Shown here one piece after another: positions 1-9,682 of a DNA stretch of 33,268 nt; the first letter of the stretch is position 1, and every line of letters begins with the position of its first letter. The position numbers and the translations under genes are program-made. The notes under the pieces are model-generated. The model had not been told where the DNA came from, did not search any database, and saw only the letters and a list, made by a program, of their open reading frames with translations. The stretch is from Octopus sinensis (taxonomy: Eukaryota): positions 1-33,268 of the forward strand of contig NW_021836746.1 in assembly GCF_006345805.1 (NCBI RefSeq). The letters run 5' to 3'.

Positions 1-276
1 GTAAGTCTCAATCATTCGACAGAGATTTATTTGAATGGTTTGTCAAAAAACGATCATTTGGGTTCATATTCAATGAATATCTTTTGAAGTTGATGTCTTT
101 AAAAATGGCGAAAATTTGTATTACTCAAGGATTTCAAGCATCAAAAGGGATAGCTTGAGAAATTAAAAAATCGATATTGAATTGCTTCCCGTGCTTTATG
201 TGAGGAGAATAAAATTGTTAAAACCTCTATGATTGAAAATTTTACAAAAAGTCTCAATAGATCTGTCGATCTCTTC

Positions 277-693
277 GAACTGCTGGATTCCACACACAAT
301 TGGAACCTGCAGGGATTTTCGTAGAGGACGGCAGAAGACCAATGGGATGACCACATTTCCATTTCAGAGAGGAAAGTGTCTGGTTTGGGACGTCACGTGT
401 GTGAACTCCTTTTCCAATCAGAATATCAAATTATGCATCGAGAATCGGGAGCCCCGTCTGAACGGGCAAAGAAGAGAAAAGCTGAGAAATACGCTGGAAT
501 CGGGAATAGGAGAGTGTTTGTCCCCCTGGCTGTTGAGACGTCAGGAATACAGGGACCTTCTACTCGGACCCTACTCCAGCGCATTGCCTCATTAATCGGA
601 AGGGTTACCGGCGACCCGTGTGAGTACCGGTATTTAATCGAAAGAATATCTATAGCAATAGTCAGAGGCAATACTCTGGCTATCTGCCAATGA
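277..693 (+). pseudogene. 3' fragment of a CRE-type non-LTR retrotransposon, restriction-like endonuclease (RLE) domain; copy A, frameshifted
   Basis: EPAGIFVEDGRRPDGMT..F.RGKCLVWDVTCV...K..KY...FVPLAVETSG...YLIERISIAIVRGN is the typical CRE-clade RLE C-terminus. It has 1-bp deletions near 340 and 447 relative to the copy at 20914. Confidence 0.8.
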
Positions 694-799
694 CTATTTC
701 TCTTTTGATTTGAAATAAAATAAAAAAACTCCATAATAAATATTCAAAGTGCCCCAAAACCCGAGGGTGTCCACTTCCGGGGTCGCCCAATAAGAAGGT

Positions 800-1150
800 G
801 CACTGTACCGGCTAATACTATTACTGTCCGAATCCCGTCATTATGGCATGGGCTTTGTTATACACATCTCACTTGTGGATCATTTACTTAATGTATGGAG
901 GATAACAGACGAAATTTCCTATATCAACGTAATACAAAATCATTATGACTTTCATAAACGTGTTTGCACCCTACACGGGAAGATTATCGACTTGTATGCC
1001 TGAACTTGATGATTTTTATATGAGTTTTTAGAAGAATACTCCTAACTCTGCTTGTCGGTGATAATTTTGTTGCTGAGGACTGGAATTTAGAGCCAGGAAT
1101 TAAACGCAGGAGTGAACGCTGTATTGTTAATCATGAAAAAGGGGGTATTG
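800..1150 (+). pseudogene. RTE-type LINE apurinic endonuclease (APE) fragment
   Basis: Frameshifted motifs HYGMGF, INVFAP, ELDDFY and DWN; CIGNHGKG is clearer in copy 2. Confidence 0.6.
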
Positions 1151-1430
1151 AAAAGAATAAAATAATATTAAATAAATAAATCAGTTTTAAATAACATATC
1201 TAATTCCCGTTTCTTTCTAGTTTAATATTATTAAACTCCAAGTCAATCTTGACACAGAATTATAAAATAAATTACCAATTCAGAATCTAAAAATGAATAC
1301 AACTCAGATTTATTTTCATTGACATTTTTTCTACTTTTTTCGGTCCTTGGAGACAAAAAATTATTTGTATCTGACAACATTTAATACTGAACCACAAACC
1401 ATAACAGCCGATAATATCATCAATGATATC

Positions 1431-2035
1431 ATGGCGAAAGTTTGTATTACTCAAGGATTTCAAGCATCAAAAGGATAGCTTGAGAAATTAAAAAATCGAT
1501 ATTGAATTGCTTCCCGTGCTTTATGTGAGGAGAATAAAATTGTTAAAACCTCTATGATTGAAAATTTTACAAAAAGTCTCAATAGATCTGTCGATCTCTT
1601 CGAACTGCTGGATTCCACACACAATTGGAGCCTGCAGGGATTTTCGTAGAGGACGCAGAAGACCCAATCGGATGACCACATTTCCATTTCAGAGAGGAAA
1701 GTGTCTGGTTTGGGACGTCACGTGTGTGAACTCCTTTTCCAATCAGAATATCAAATTATGCATCGAGAATCCGGGAGCCCCGTCTGAACGGGCTGAGATG
1801 AGAAAAACTGAGAAATACGCTGGAATTGGGAATGGCAGAGTGTTTGTCCCCCTGGCTGTTGAGACGTCAGGAATACAGGGGCCTTCTACTCGGACCCTAC
1901 TCCAGCGCATTGCCTCATTAATCGAAAGGGTTACCGGCGACCCGTGTGAGCACCGGTATTTAAACGAACGAATATCTATAGCCATAGTCAGAGGCAATAC
2001 TCTGGCTATCTGCCAATGACGATTTTTCTCTTGAC
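1431..2035 (+). repeat. Local ~600-bp duplicate of 106-710 (Tigger piece plus CRE RLE tail, copy B)
   Basis: Runs from atggcgaaa.tttgtattactcaagg to tgccaatgac in both places. ORF 1558-2019 carries the RLE motifs. Confidence 0.9.
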
Positions 2036-2579
2036 CTAATTTGATTAATAAATTGACGTTGTCTAAAAAAGTCTGAATAGAAAATTAGAACAATACGAAA
2101 CTGGATTGTTTTTAATCTTTTGGTGAACAGAAAATTAGTCGTTGACTCGGAAAAAAATCTGTTGATTCTTAAAATGATCAAATTGACGACGTCAATTTTA
2201 TGAATAACTATTTGAGAAACTAATACAGTAAGATCGAGTTGAAGAGTAAAATGAAAAAATTTATACTCCGACAATATATGAAGTTAGTGAATATGCGAAG
2301 GCGCTTGAATTATTGTTTCTTGAGAATGATATGAACACAAAGAGGAAAAAATACGAAATACAAAAAAACTTTAAAAATTATCAAACTAATCATTCTCAAA
2401 AAATCACCGATTACGTGATTAAATCTCTAAATAATCGCTTTAATTATACTTTAATTATTGTTTATTGTTATTTGGATTCCTTGTTTTATTTTTTTTGTTC
2501 ACTATAGACAATAGTGAACATGATGTTTTGATGTGGACATTTTGTTCACTATAGAGAGGGTTGACAGAACCATTTTAAT

Positions 2580-3060
2580 TTAGATTATGAATTATTTAGA
2601 CAAAGTTGTCTTTCGATTCACAGATTTTGTTTTTTTAATCGAGTATTCTAAAATTTCGAACAGTTCATTTATATTTTTTCTTTTTACAAAAATTTCAAAA
2701 GTCGATAATGTTTGTCAAACTTGAAATTATCTGTTTTTACAAGAACTCAAAAAATTGTTTTTAAACTAAATTACTGTTTTCATACATTTCATGAAATAAG
2801 TCGTTGGCCATCAAACAGTCTTACCGATTTTTGCCTTTTTTTGTAAAAAGCGGAACACATGAGACTTTACTATGTCTTGTGACATAGTTGTTGGAAACGA
2901 AGCTCTAATGGTCTTCAGTCTTGGACTTTACCCATCTTTGCCTTCCAGAAAGGGTACCTCTAAACTCAGTATTCAAAAAATAGGCGCCAAAAAAGAACTT
3001 GTACGTCACGTAGAATTTCACCTCCGCGATTTTTTGTCTCCGCGCTTTCGATTATTAAAT
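2580..3060 (-). pseudogene. Possible highly decayed Tc1-like transposase fragment
   Basis: Only weak motif traces across frames (SLMCSAFYKKGK resembling SVMVWGAF..KG; RLFDG). Confidence 0.25.
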
Positions 3061-3480
3061 ATTTTATAATCGAACAGACAGCAAGGCACATTGTTATTTA
3101 TGTCACAGGGTGATAAATGTTATGCAATCATTTAATGTTGAGAAACACTACAAAACTCACAGTAAAGTATATGATTGCTAGTAAGGAGATTCCAGGATAA
3201 GGAAACTGGAATCAGTAAAGTCAGCTAGAACAATACAAACAAATTTCTTTAAACCAGCAAATGATTCTAAAGCCTTACAAGCTTCATCTTTTGGAAACTC
3301 AAATTTCATCGTGCGATACAACACATTTTATCTACTTTCTGAGAATAAAGGGGTGTCAAACATGCGGCCCAGTTACTGCAAGCTATGTAATCAGCAGAAT
3401 GCTTGCAATGAATGGAAAATCATATTGTGATTTCATCAAACAATGTTTTTTGAAAAACAGCCAAAATTATTTTTCTTTAT
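3058..3480 (+). pseudogene. hAT (Buster/Charlie-like) transposase N-terminal remnant
   Basis: KAHCYLCHRVINVMQSFNVEKHYKTH (C2H2 pattern), then VTASYVISRMLAMNGKSYCDFIKQCFLK. A hAT-like terminus aggggtgtcaaacatgcggccc lies at ~3349-3370. Confidence 0.65.
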
Positions 3481-4859
3481 AATACGCATTTTTATAATAC
3501 GTTTTTTGAAAAACAGCCAAGCACTACAAGGACCGAACGAACAACTACTCATCGCCCCATTTAATGAAATATTGAGAAGAAACCTCTTGGTTACAGGGCC
3601 TAAAACACCACCACCGCGCCCTCACAGAAATTGTGCCGGGACAAGGGAGGAGCATTGGGCAAGGTTGAGGACCCTCCTCAGAGAACCCGGGATCACCTGA
3701 TTAATTAGTTTATGCTTTGGACGGTGATCTTGGTTCTAATAATAATTGCTCGTCATTTTCTAAATCTCGCCATTAATTAAAAAAAATTTTTTTTTGGTTA
3801 AACTATTTTTTATATAAAATATTTCAACCACGCTAAATTCAACATGCGTAAGTTCACAAGATTGTCTTGTAATGAAAAACGTCGCATTATTGCGTACATG
3901 GAGGAGAACAAAAGTCGCACGATGGACCGTATAGCTTACATTTTTTCTTCTGTTTTGAAGATCAATATCCATGCAACTGGATTCTCACAGCAACTGTACT
4001 GAGCCTTGCTTGATTTGTCCAAAAAATGGTAAGTATGATCTTATTAAATTTGGTACAGCTGCATCCAGGAAAAAAGTGGCCTTCAATTAAAGACATTGAC
4101 TATTGTTGTACGCGCGCGCGTTGTTGTGGTGCACTTTTTCTATTCATTTGCTATTTGTTATTTAATTCAATAATTCTCTCTCTCATTCCATTTCTCTTTA
4201 TTCTCTCTCTTTTCCCATTTCTTTTTGTCATACCACGACCCGCCCAATGAGGAAGATTGGGGTGATATTGCGAACAGCCTACTCGGTGTAGGTATTAACA
4301 CATGAGATACATGGAGGGCTCTCCAATTTACTCGTTGCAGAAAAAATTGAGAACTCCGGGTCTTGGGATGAGGGGCTTGCAGTTTCATTCTTATATGAGT
4401 ACATTAAGATATGGAAAGTGTCATGTGAGGTCGAGATTGACAAAGTAGTGTTTTCTTCAAGAAAGACCTCAGTTTAGAACGACTCTGAACATATGCCATA
4501 GAGGTAACATTTGTTACACTAGGTTTATGATTCTTCAGAAGCACTACAAAACCACAATGAATGCTGTATTGGGTTGCATGGTATATGAGTCATGCTATGA
4601 AAAAATCGCCCGCTTCATTGACTACATATGGAAAGTTAGAGGGAAAGAGTCATTAATTGGTTATCTGAAACCCTCCAGGCCGTCAGAAGCAGTGCTTTTT
4701 CAGGAAACCACTTGAAACATGTGTACATGTACTTTAGTCTCATGACCACTTTATGCGGGATCGTAGTTAATAATGCATTTTTTAATGCTAAGAGCTTATG
4801 CTCGGATGGAAATGCAATTGTAAGTGCAATGATCTTTTACCATTTGGCGAGAGGCGGGT

Positions 4860-5110
4860 CAGTGGTGAAGTCTGCTGTTGGTGTGGATCCAGATGCGGCC
4901 ATCATGGATTGCATCGGTCAAGAGAGAAAAGTTAATGGATTTTGCATGTTCTGAAGGGAAAAATTTATATAATAAAAAAGTATCATTCCGAAATTTTTGA
5001 AGTTGACGGGATGACCCTTTTCCCATTTGAGAGCGGAAAAGTCCTCGTATGGGATGCAACCTGCTGGGATACTTTCTCTGTTTCACATCTAACCTCGTGT
5101 GCTCAAGTCT
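4860..5110 (+). pseudogene. Third, more diverged CRE-type RLE fragment
   Basis: CCWCG...HHGLH zinc-knuckle trace followed by VDGMTLFPFESGKVLVWDATCWDTF. Confidence 0.7.
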
Positions 5111-5564
5111 GTTTCACTTGTTCTTTACAATAAAAAATTCTGTTCTGTTATTTGTCATTTTATAATATTTATCGTGACAAAATAGATTTTGAAATAGAAT
5201 TAAAATATTTTTTTTGAATTTTTTTCCAGGTCCGAAAGTATAACCACCTAGGTACACCCTAGACCTGTGACAATTTATAAAAATAATATAACAATAATTA
5301 AATTCGTGTTAGATTAAAAAAAAGTCTAGAAAAAAAAATATAACAATAATGATTAAAATTTGGTAGAAATTAATCATTTTAGATTTTAGGGCGCTAAAAT
5401 ACAAGATCGCCAAATCCGGAAACAATAAATAAAAGTTTGCCAAAAGAATATAAAGAATAGAACTTTCTATCAAAATAAGGTAAAATTCAAAGAATAAGAT
5501 AATTGAGAAGATTTCAAATAAGAGATTTTTTATTTATTTATTTATTAAACACCAAGACCACAGT

Positions 5565-5955
5565 AAAGACCGAACTAATTAGCATGTGATCCCGACGCAC
5601 TTTGACGGAGATCCTCCGGAAAGGTTCAATCCTATGCAAAGTGCATCGTCCTGCGACGACGATGTCCCAGGGGGTAGGAGAGCTATTGGTCCTTTTTCGG
5701 TGAGCATTAGGTGCCCCCTCGGCGTTTCCAAATCCAGTCGAAATCTCCAAGTGAATTTGGTGGACCACGTAACGCCTTTCTAAGGCCGGATAGGAAGGAG
5801 ATCCCTTTTTTGACATACTGTGTCGTGCCAGATGTACTCGTCACCTCACGGGCAAAGGAACTTCGACGAGATTAACCCCGACTCCAAAGTAGCCTCTTCT
5901 GGATTCGAACCCACGACGGCTGAATTCCAGTATCCAGGGCATACTCTTCAGCAAG
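5565..5955 (-). mobile_element. tRNA-derived SINE-like element
   Basis: Minus strand carries the Pol III B box GTCGTGGGTTCGAATCC at ~5901-5917 in a degenerate tRNA-like head. The GC-richer body is homologous to 18565-18710, which lies in the opposite orientation. Confidence 0.6.
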
Positions 5956-6224
5956 ATATAAACAGATTGAAAGAATAAACTGACAAATATTATAAAATGA
6001 TGAAATTTCAGATAATTTATTAATTAAAAGAAACTACATCGCAAAATATTCCTTCTAATCCAATTAAATAAAAAAATAAAGATTGATCAAATAATGTAAC
6101 AGGACAACAAGGTATGTCACAAGAGTGCTCACACGTGGCACAATTTATTATTTTTCTATTAATAATTGGGTAACTAAAAATTAAGATAATTTTAATAATC
6201 AAACACCAATTCTACCTAGTAGCT

Positions 6225-6354
6225 TATAACAGTGTAAATACCAGAGGGGATATCTCAATGATGGCAAATTGTGAAACAGACTTGCAGATTCGAGCAGATT
6301 GTTCTTTGGAACTTTTGCTCCAGTAATTTTCGGAGTTTGTTTAGTTCTAGCTAT
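6225..6354 (-). pseudogene. Histone H3 N-terminal tail relic
   Basis: Minus strand reads ATA GCT AGA ACT AAA CAA ACT CCG AAA ATT ACT GGA GCA AAA GTT CCA AAG = (I)ARTKQTPKITGAKVPK versus H3 MARTKQTARKSTGGKAPRK. The start codon is ATA rather than ATG. Confidence 0.55.
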
Positions 6355-6479
6355 ATTTTTCAGAACCGATTCAGACGAGTTATTTTTGTTTTATATTATT
6401 CCGAATTTTTAAACAACATTATGAATGAATGAATTGAGTTTATTGTAATTAACAGAGGAAGAGAAAGTGACAGGAATTA

Positions 6480-7545
6480 AGGACGGTGATAGGACGAGAC
6501 TGATGCCAAGGCAACTGAACTCTTCTGAGCTTGCGTCCAATTCATCTGTCGTGAGCCAGAGTTAATAGTGGCTATGTTGCTGAATTGCTTCCTTCTAGCA
6601 GGAGCTCTTGCAGCATATTCATATCCACTCCAGATATTCAGGGCTCCTACATAATCGCGGAAGCACTCCAGTAGAACATCTCTTTTGAGTATGTCCTGCT
6701 CCGAGTGGGCTATTCTTTGTTACAAAGCTTTGTTACGGTGGGTTTTTCTCCTCTTATGAGGGACAGCCGAGCGGACCACTTCTGAGTTATGGCACTCATT
6801 AGTGTTTGACTCCGCGCTTGTGAGTGTGCTGTGGCCGGCGACGTCTGAGTAGAGACATCGACTCTGGATGGACTTGGGGGAGACCTTTTTTCCAGACTGA
6901 TTCTATCCGTTCGGCTTTTACCCAGCGTCCTGGGCTTTAGTCTGTGGGCTCTTCGCAACCCTTGAGGCTGCTGTTGCTGCTTTGGCAGACGGACATCCAC
7001 CGTAGCACGCCAAGTGCCCAGTGTTCTTGCAGTTAATGCAAGTTTTTCAGCTGGGACACTTGGTTTTGGCTTGGAACTCGGGCAGTTTTGGTGCCTGTGT
7101 TCTTTTCCGCAGAGGAGACAACGGAGTTTTTCCAAGCATCTGTAGGAGGTATGTCCAAACTGATTGCAACGGAAGCATCTCGTTGCTGAGGGCTTGTGCC
7201 ATTCGCAGCGAATATGGCTGAAGCCCGCAGTTTCCCAAAGCGGATGAGGGTGTTGGCCTCTGCTCTGGAATCCAGGGTGAGTCTGCCGACAGGCATGTCT
7301 GTTCCATTGCGAGAGAATCTTTCGAACTTTAAGTCTGATTCTAGACTTCTGAACCATTTGGCTGTTCGAAAGAATTGTTTTATGAGTAATATCAATATTG
7401 TCCAAGTTTCACGTCCTTCCCCTTCCCGTTCCTATAAGATCCCAAACTCAAACCAAAAAGTAGAAAGAATGGCCTTTCGTGCTATTGAAAAAGTTTTAGG
7501 TCAACCTGCAGCTGATCAGATTGAACAAGACTTCTTCCGTGGTCC
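6480..7545 (-). pseudogene. Gag-like ORF1 of an I/Jockey-group LINE, three CCHC knuckles, frameshifted
   Basis: RCFRCNQFGHTSYRC and RCLLCGKEHRHQNC in ORF 6710-7405; CINCKNTGHLACYGGC follows in another frame. Confidence 0.75.
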
Positions 7546-7548
7546 TAT

Positions 7549-7790
7549 CGACTGGATTGGTTCCATAGAAGGCAACTAGGAAGCTTACTCGGAATGGAGA
7601 ATATAAACCACTGATATCTACAACAAGTGTATGTGTTTGTACATCAGCGAAAATGTCGTAGATTCCAGATTGAGGCTATTTAGACATGTAATAAGAATGA
7701 ACTCGGACGCACCTGCTAGCAAAGCGATGGAAGGTTACTTTGACAGTTGCGACAAACCCTTCCGCAGACGACCTAAACTGACCGCAAAAA
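7549..7790 (+). pseudogene. RTE-type LINE post-RT (3') fragment
   Basis: RLDWFHRRQLGSLLG...SRLRLFRHVIRM...PASKAM...RRRPK. Confidence 0.7.
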
Positions 7791-7861
7791 ACCTGTTCTT
7801 TCGAAATACAATGCAACTATATTGTTTTTATTAATTATTTCAATAATTTATCATTTTTTAA

Positions 7862-8558
7862 CAGGGTTGCTAAAAATCATGATTTTTTGTGATTTAAAAC
7901 AGATTTTTGTAAAATAAAAGCTTGTAAATAAAGACATGTTTGGCAGCCTTTTCAATTCAAAATTTATTTCGTAAATTAGAATGTAGGAATCCAAAAGTCG
8001 ACAAGATGGTTCTATTCTAGCTGTTGGGGCAGCTGGTCCAAGAATTTTTTTGAAAAGTGAAATTTTTTCAGAAATTAACTGTTAATAGTTGACGACTTCC
8101 ACAAGCTATAGGATTGTTTACTCATTAAGTTTGGAGCTAACATGTATTGCTTAAATGTTTAGCTCTTGCTTTGAAATTATCAGAGTCGGAAAGCATATTC
8201 ATAATGTTTCGCCAAACCGGGATGAATCTCTACAGTTACAAGAGATTTCCCAGATGCTGAGTCCATTAGATTGCAAGTAAGTGGAAAGGTATTAATGCTT
8301 GATCAGCCAGAGTTTTTACTTTTTCTAAGATAGCTGTACTTCATAGTCTATATAAGTCTTTTCAAGTTCCTTCCGAATTTCTACAGAATGACTAATCTTT
8401 GTAGAATTATTTGCATTTTTTTTCAGAGGTGTCCACAGTGTCAATTAGATAGCTTTCTCTATCCAACGCTACAACCGAAACACAAATAATAGGTTCATTA
8501 TGAATGTTACTTCACCGATTCAGCATCATAGATACTGTTTTGTCCTGAAGTCTTTGTC
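7862..8558 (-). mobile_element. hAT transposon remnant with one terminal inverted repeat
   Basis: LQDKTVSMML..*SNIHNEPIICVSV...YLIDTVDTS (DGWSN catalytic region) and STFGFLHSNLRNK..EKAAKHVF (hATC dimerisation domain). The terminus cagggttgctaaaaatcatgatttttt starts at 7862. Confidence 0.75.
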
Positions 8559-8639
8559 TACAGTCCTCATGTAGTTGGTCGTACACTTGATCGAGCAATG
8601 GACCAACAATTTGATGACGGAAGGTAAACAATAGCTAAG

Positions 8640-9669
8640 AAGAAGCATACGGAAAAATTAAAAAAATTGTGTTCGGCAAGCTGGGATTAATTTTTTTAAT
8701 AAAACCAGTCGGTATTAAGTTCCAAATATTTAGGACTTTGTATCAAGTCCGAAATATTCTTTGAATGGAAGTTGTTTAATTCCTTCTTTATATGAGCTCA
8801 TATATGTTCGATCGGATTAAAATACGCTCATTAAGGCGCCTATGGTAAAAAATTTACTGTACTTTTCTTGAAAAAGATCGCATAGTCATCTTGGAAGAAT
8901 AACATCGTGTTAGAAAATAGTCACTGTGCTCCATTTTTTTCTAATTCTCATAAATGGTTACATAATGTGTTAATATAAACTGAAGAATTCATATTTCCGT
9001 CTATAAAAGTAAACGAGACCATTCCGTAATAGGATAAAAGTCGCAGACCATAACTTTCTGATAATAAAAGATTGTTTTTTTGAAGGCCTATATTGCCGAT
9101 TTTTTAAATTAAAAAATTTGAAACTACATTCATTACTGAGAACTGTCCTCATCCATTCAGTGTTTGGGACATTAGTAAAATGCTTTGAAAGTTATGGCGT
9201 TTTCACTATTTATTTTGTTCAAAAATTGTTTCTACATACACGAGCATATATTTGCTCTCTTCTTAAATAATTTGCGATGCATCTTTTTCCTACTGTTTTA
9301 CTGGTGAATTTACGTTGATCATTACGCAATCAGCTGTTTTTGAAGGGTTCTCTTTAACCAGGTTGAGTAAAATAGAAAAATCGTCTTTATTAAAAATTTT
9401 TGGTCTCCTTGAACCTTTCATTTTTTCAGTGGGAACATATTTAATAAATTTTCTGATGAAATTAGCGATAGTTGATCGCGAATATTAAGCTCTCAGATAT
9501 TTTTTATTGATCCCTTTTAACTATTCGGGCTTGAATTTGTTTCTTTTGTTATTATATCAAAGACTCGTAATTTTATGGACCATTTAAAATGTTTAAAAAG
9601 TGAAAAAATACCACCTTCACACAAATAAACGGTTTTTAATCAAAGGCGCACATGTAATTAAATTATATG
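8640..9669 (-). mobile_element. Degenerate Tc1/mariner transposase
   Basis: GSRRPKIF...LVKENPSKTA (HTH region, ORF 29828-30031 in copy 2), WMRTVLSNECSF (W..V.FSDE.F) and FFQDDYA (FQ.DNA). Confidence 0.7.
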
Positions 9670-9682
9670 GCACAATACAAAA
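9670..9682 (+). repeat. 13-bp target-site duplication, left copy (gcacaatacaaaa)
   Basis: Identical to 13263-13275; the bases on both sides differ. Confidence 0.75.

Larger units (their letters stand above)
1..2567 (+). mobile_element. Degenerate pogo/Tigger DNA transposon, interrupted by retroelement fragments (5' part outside copy 1)
   Basis: Conceptual translation DRDLFEWFVKKR...MAK...FQASKG*LEKLKNRY*IASRALC is a CENP-B-type HTH. A QKITDY C-terminal motif lies near 2400, and a pogo-type terminus gttcactatagagagggttgacag ends at 2567. Confidence 0.7.

Noticed and set aside
3188-3213. Hairpin gattccag-N10-ctggaatc
   Set aside because: An 8-bp stem inside decayed hAT coding sequence is plausible by chance.
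3760-4520. Possible MULE/Harbinger traces (PVAWILI; PNEEDWGDIAN) and a TG...CA LTR-like pyrimidine tract
   Set aside because: The motifs are too short, and there is no partner LTR or primer-binding site.
5890-5960. Functional tRNA gene
   Set aside because: Only the B box is intact. No complete acceptor stem or cloverleaf can be folded, so it is better explained as a SINE head.
8559-8590. TA|CAGTCCTCATGTAGTTGGTCGTACAC as the second TIR of the adjacent Tc1
   Set aside because: It looks like a Tc1-type end but does not match the candidate opposite end at 15180-15200. It may belong to another element.
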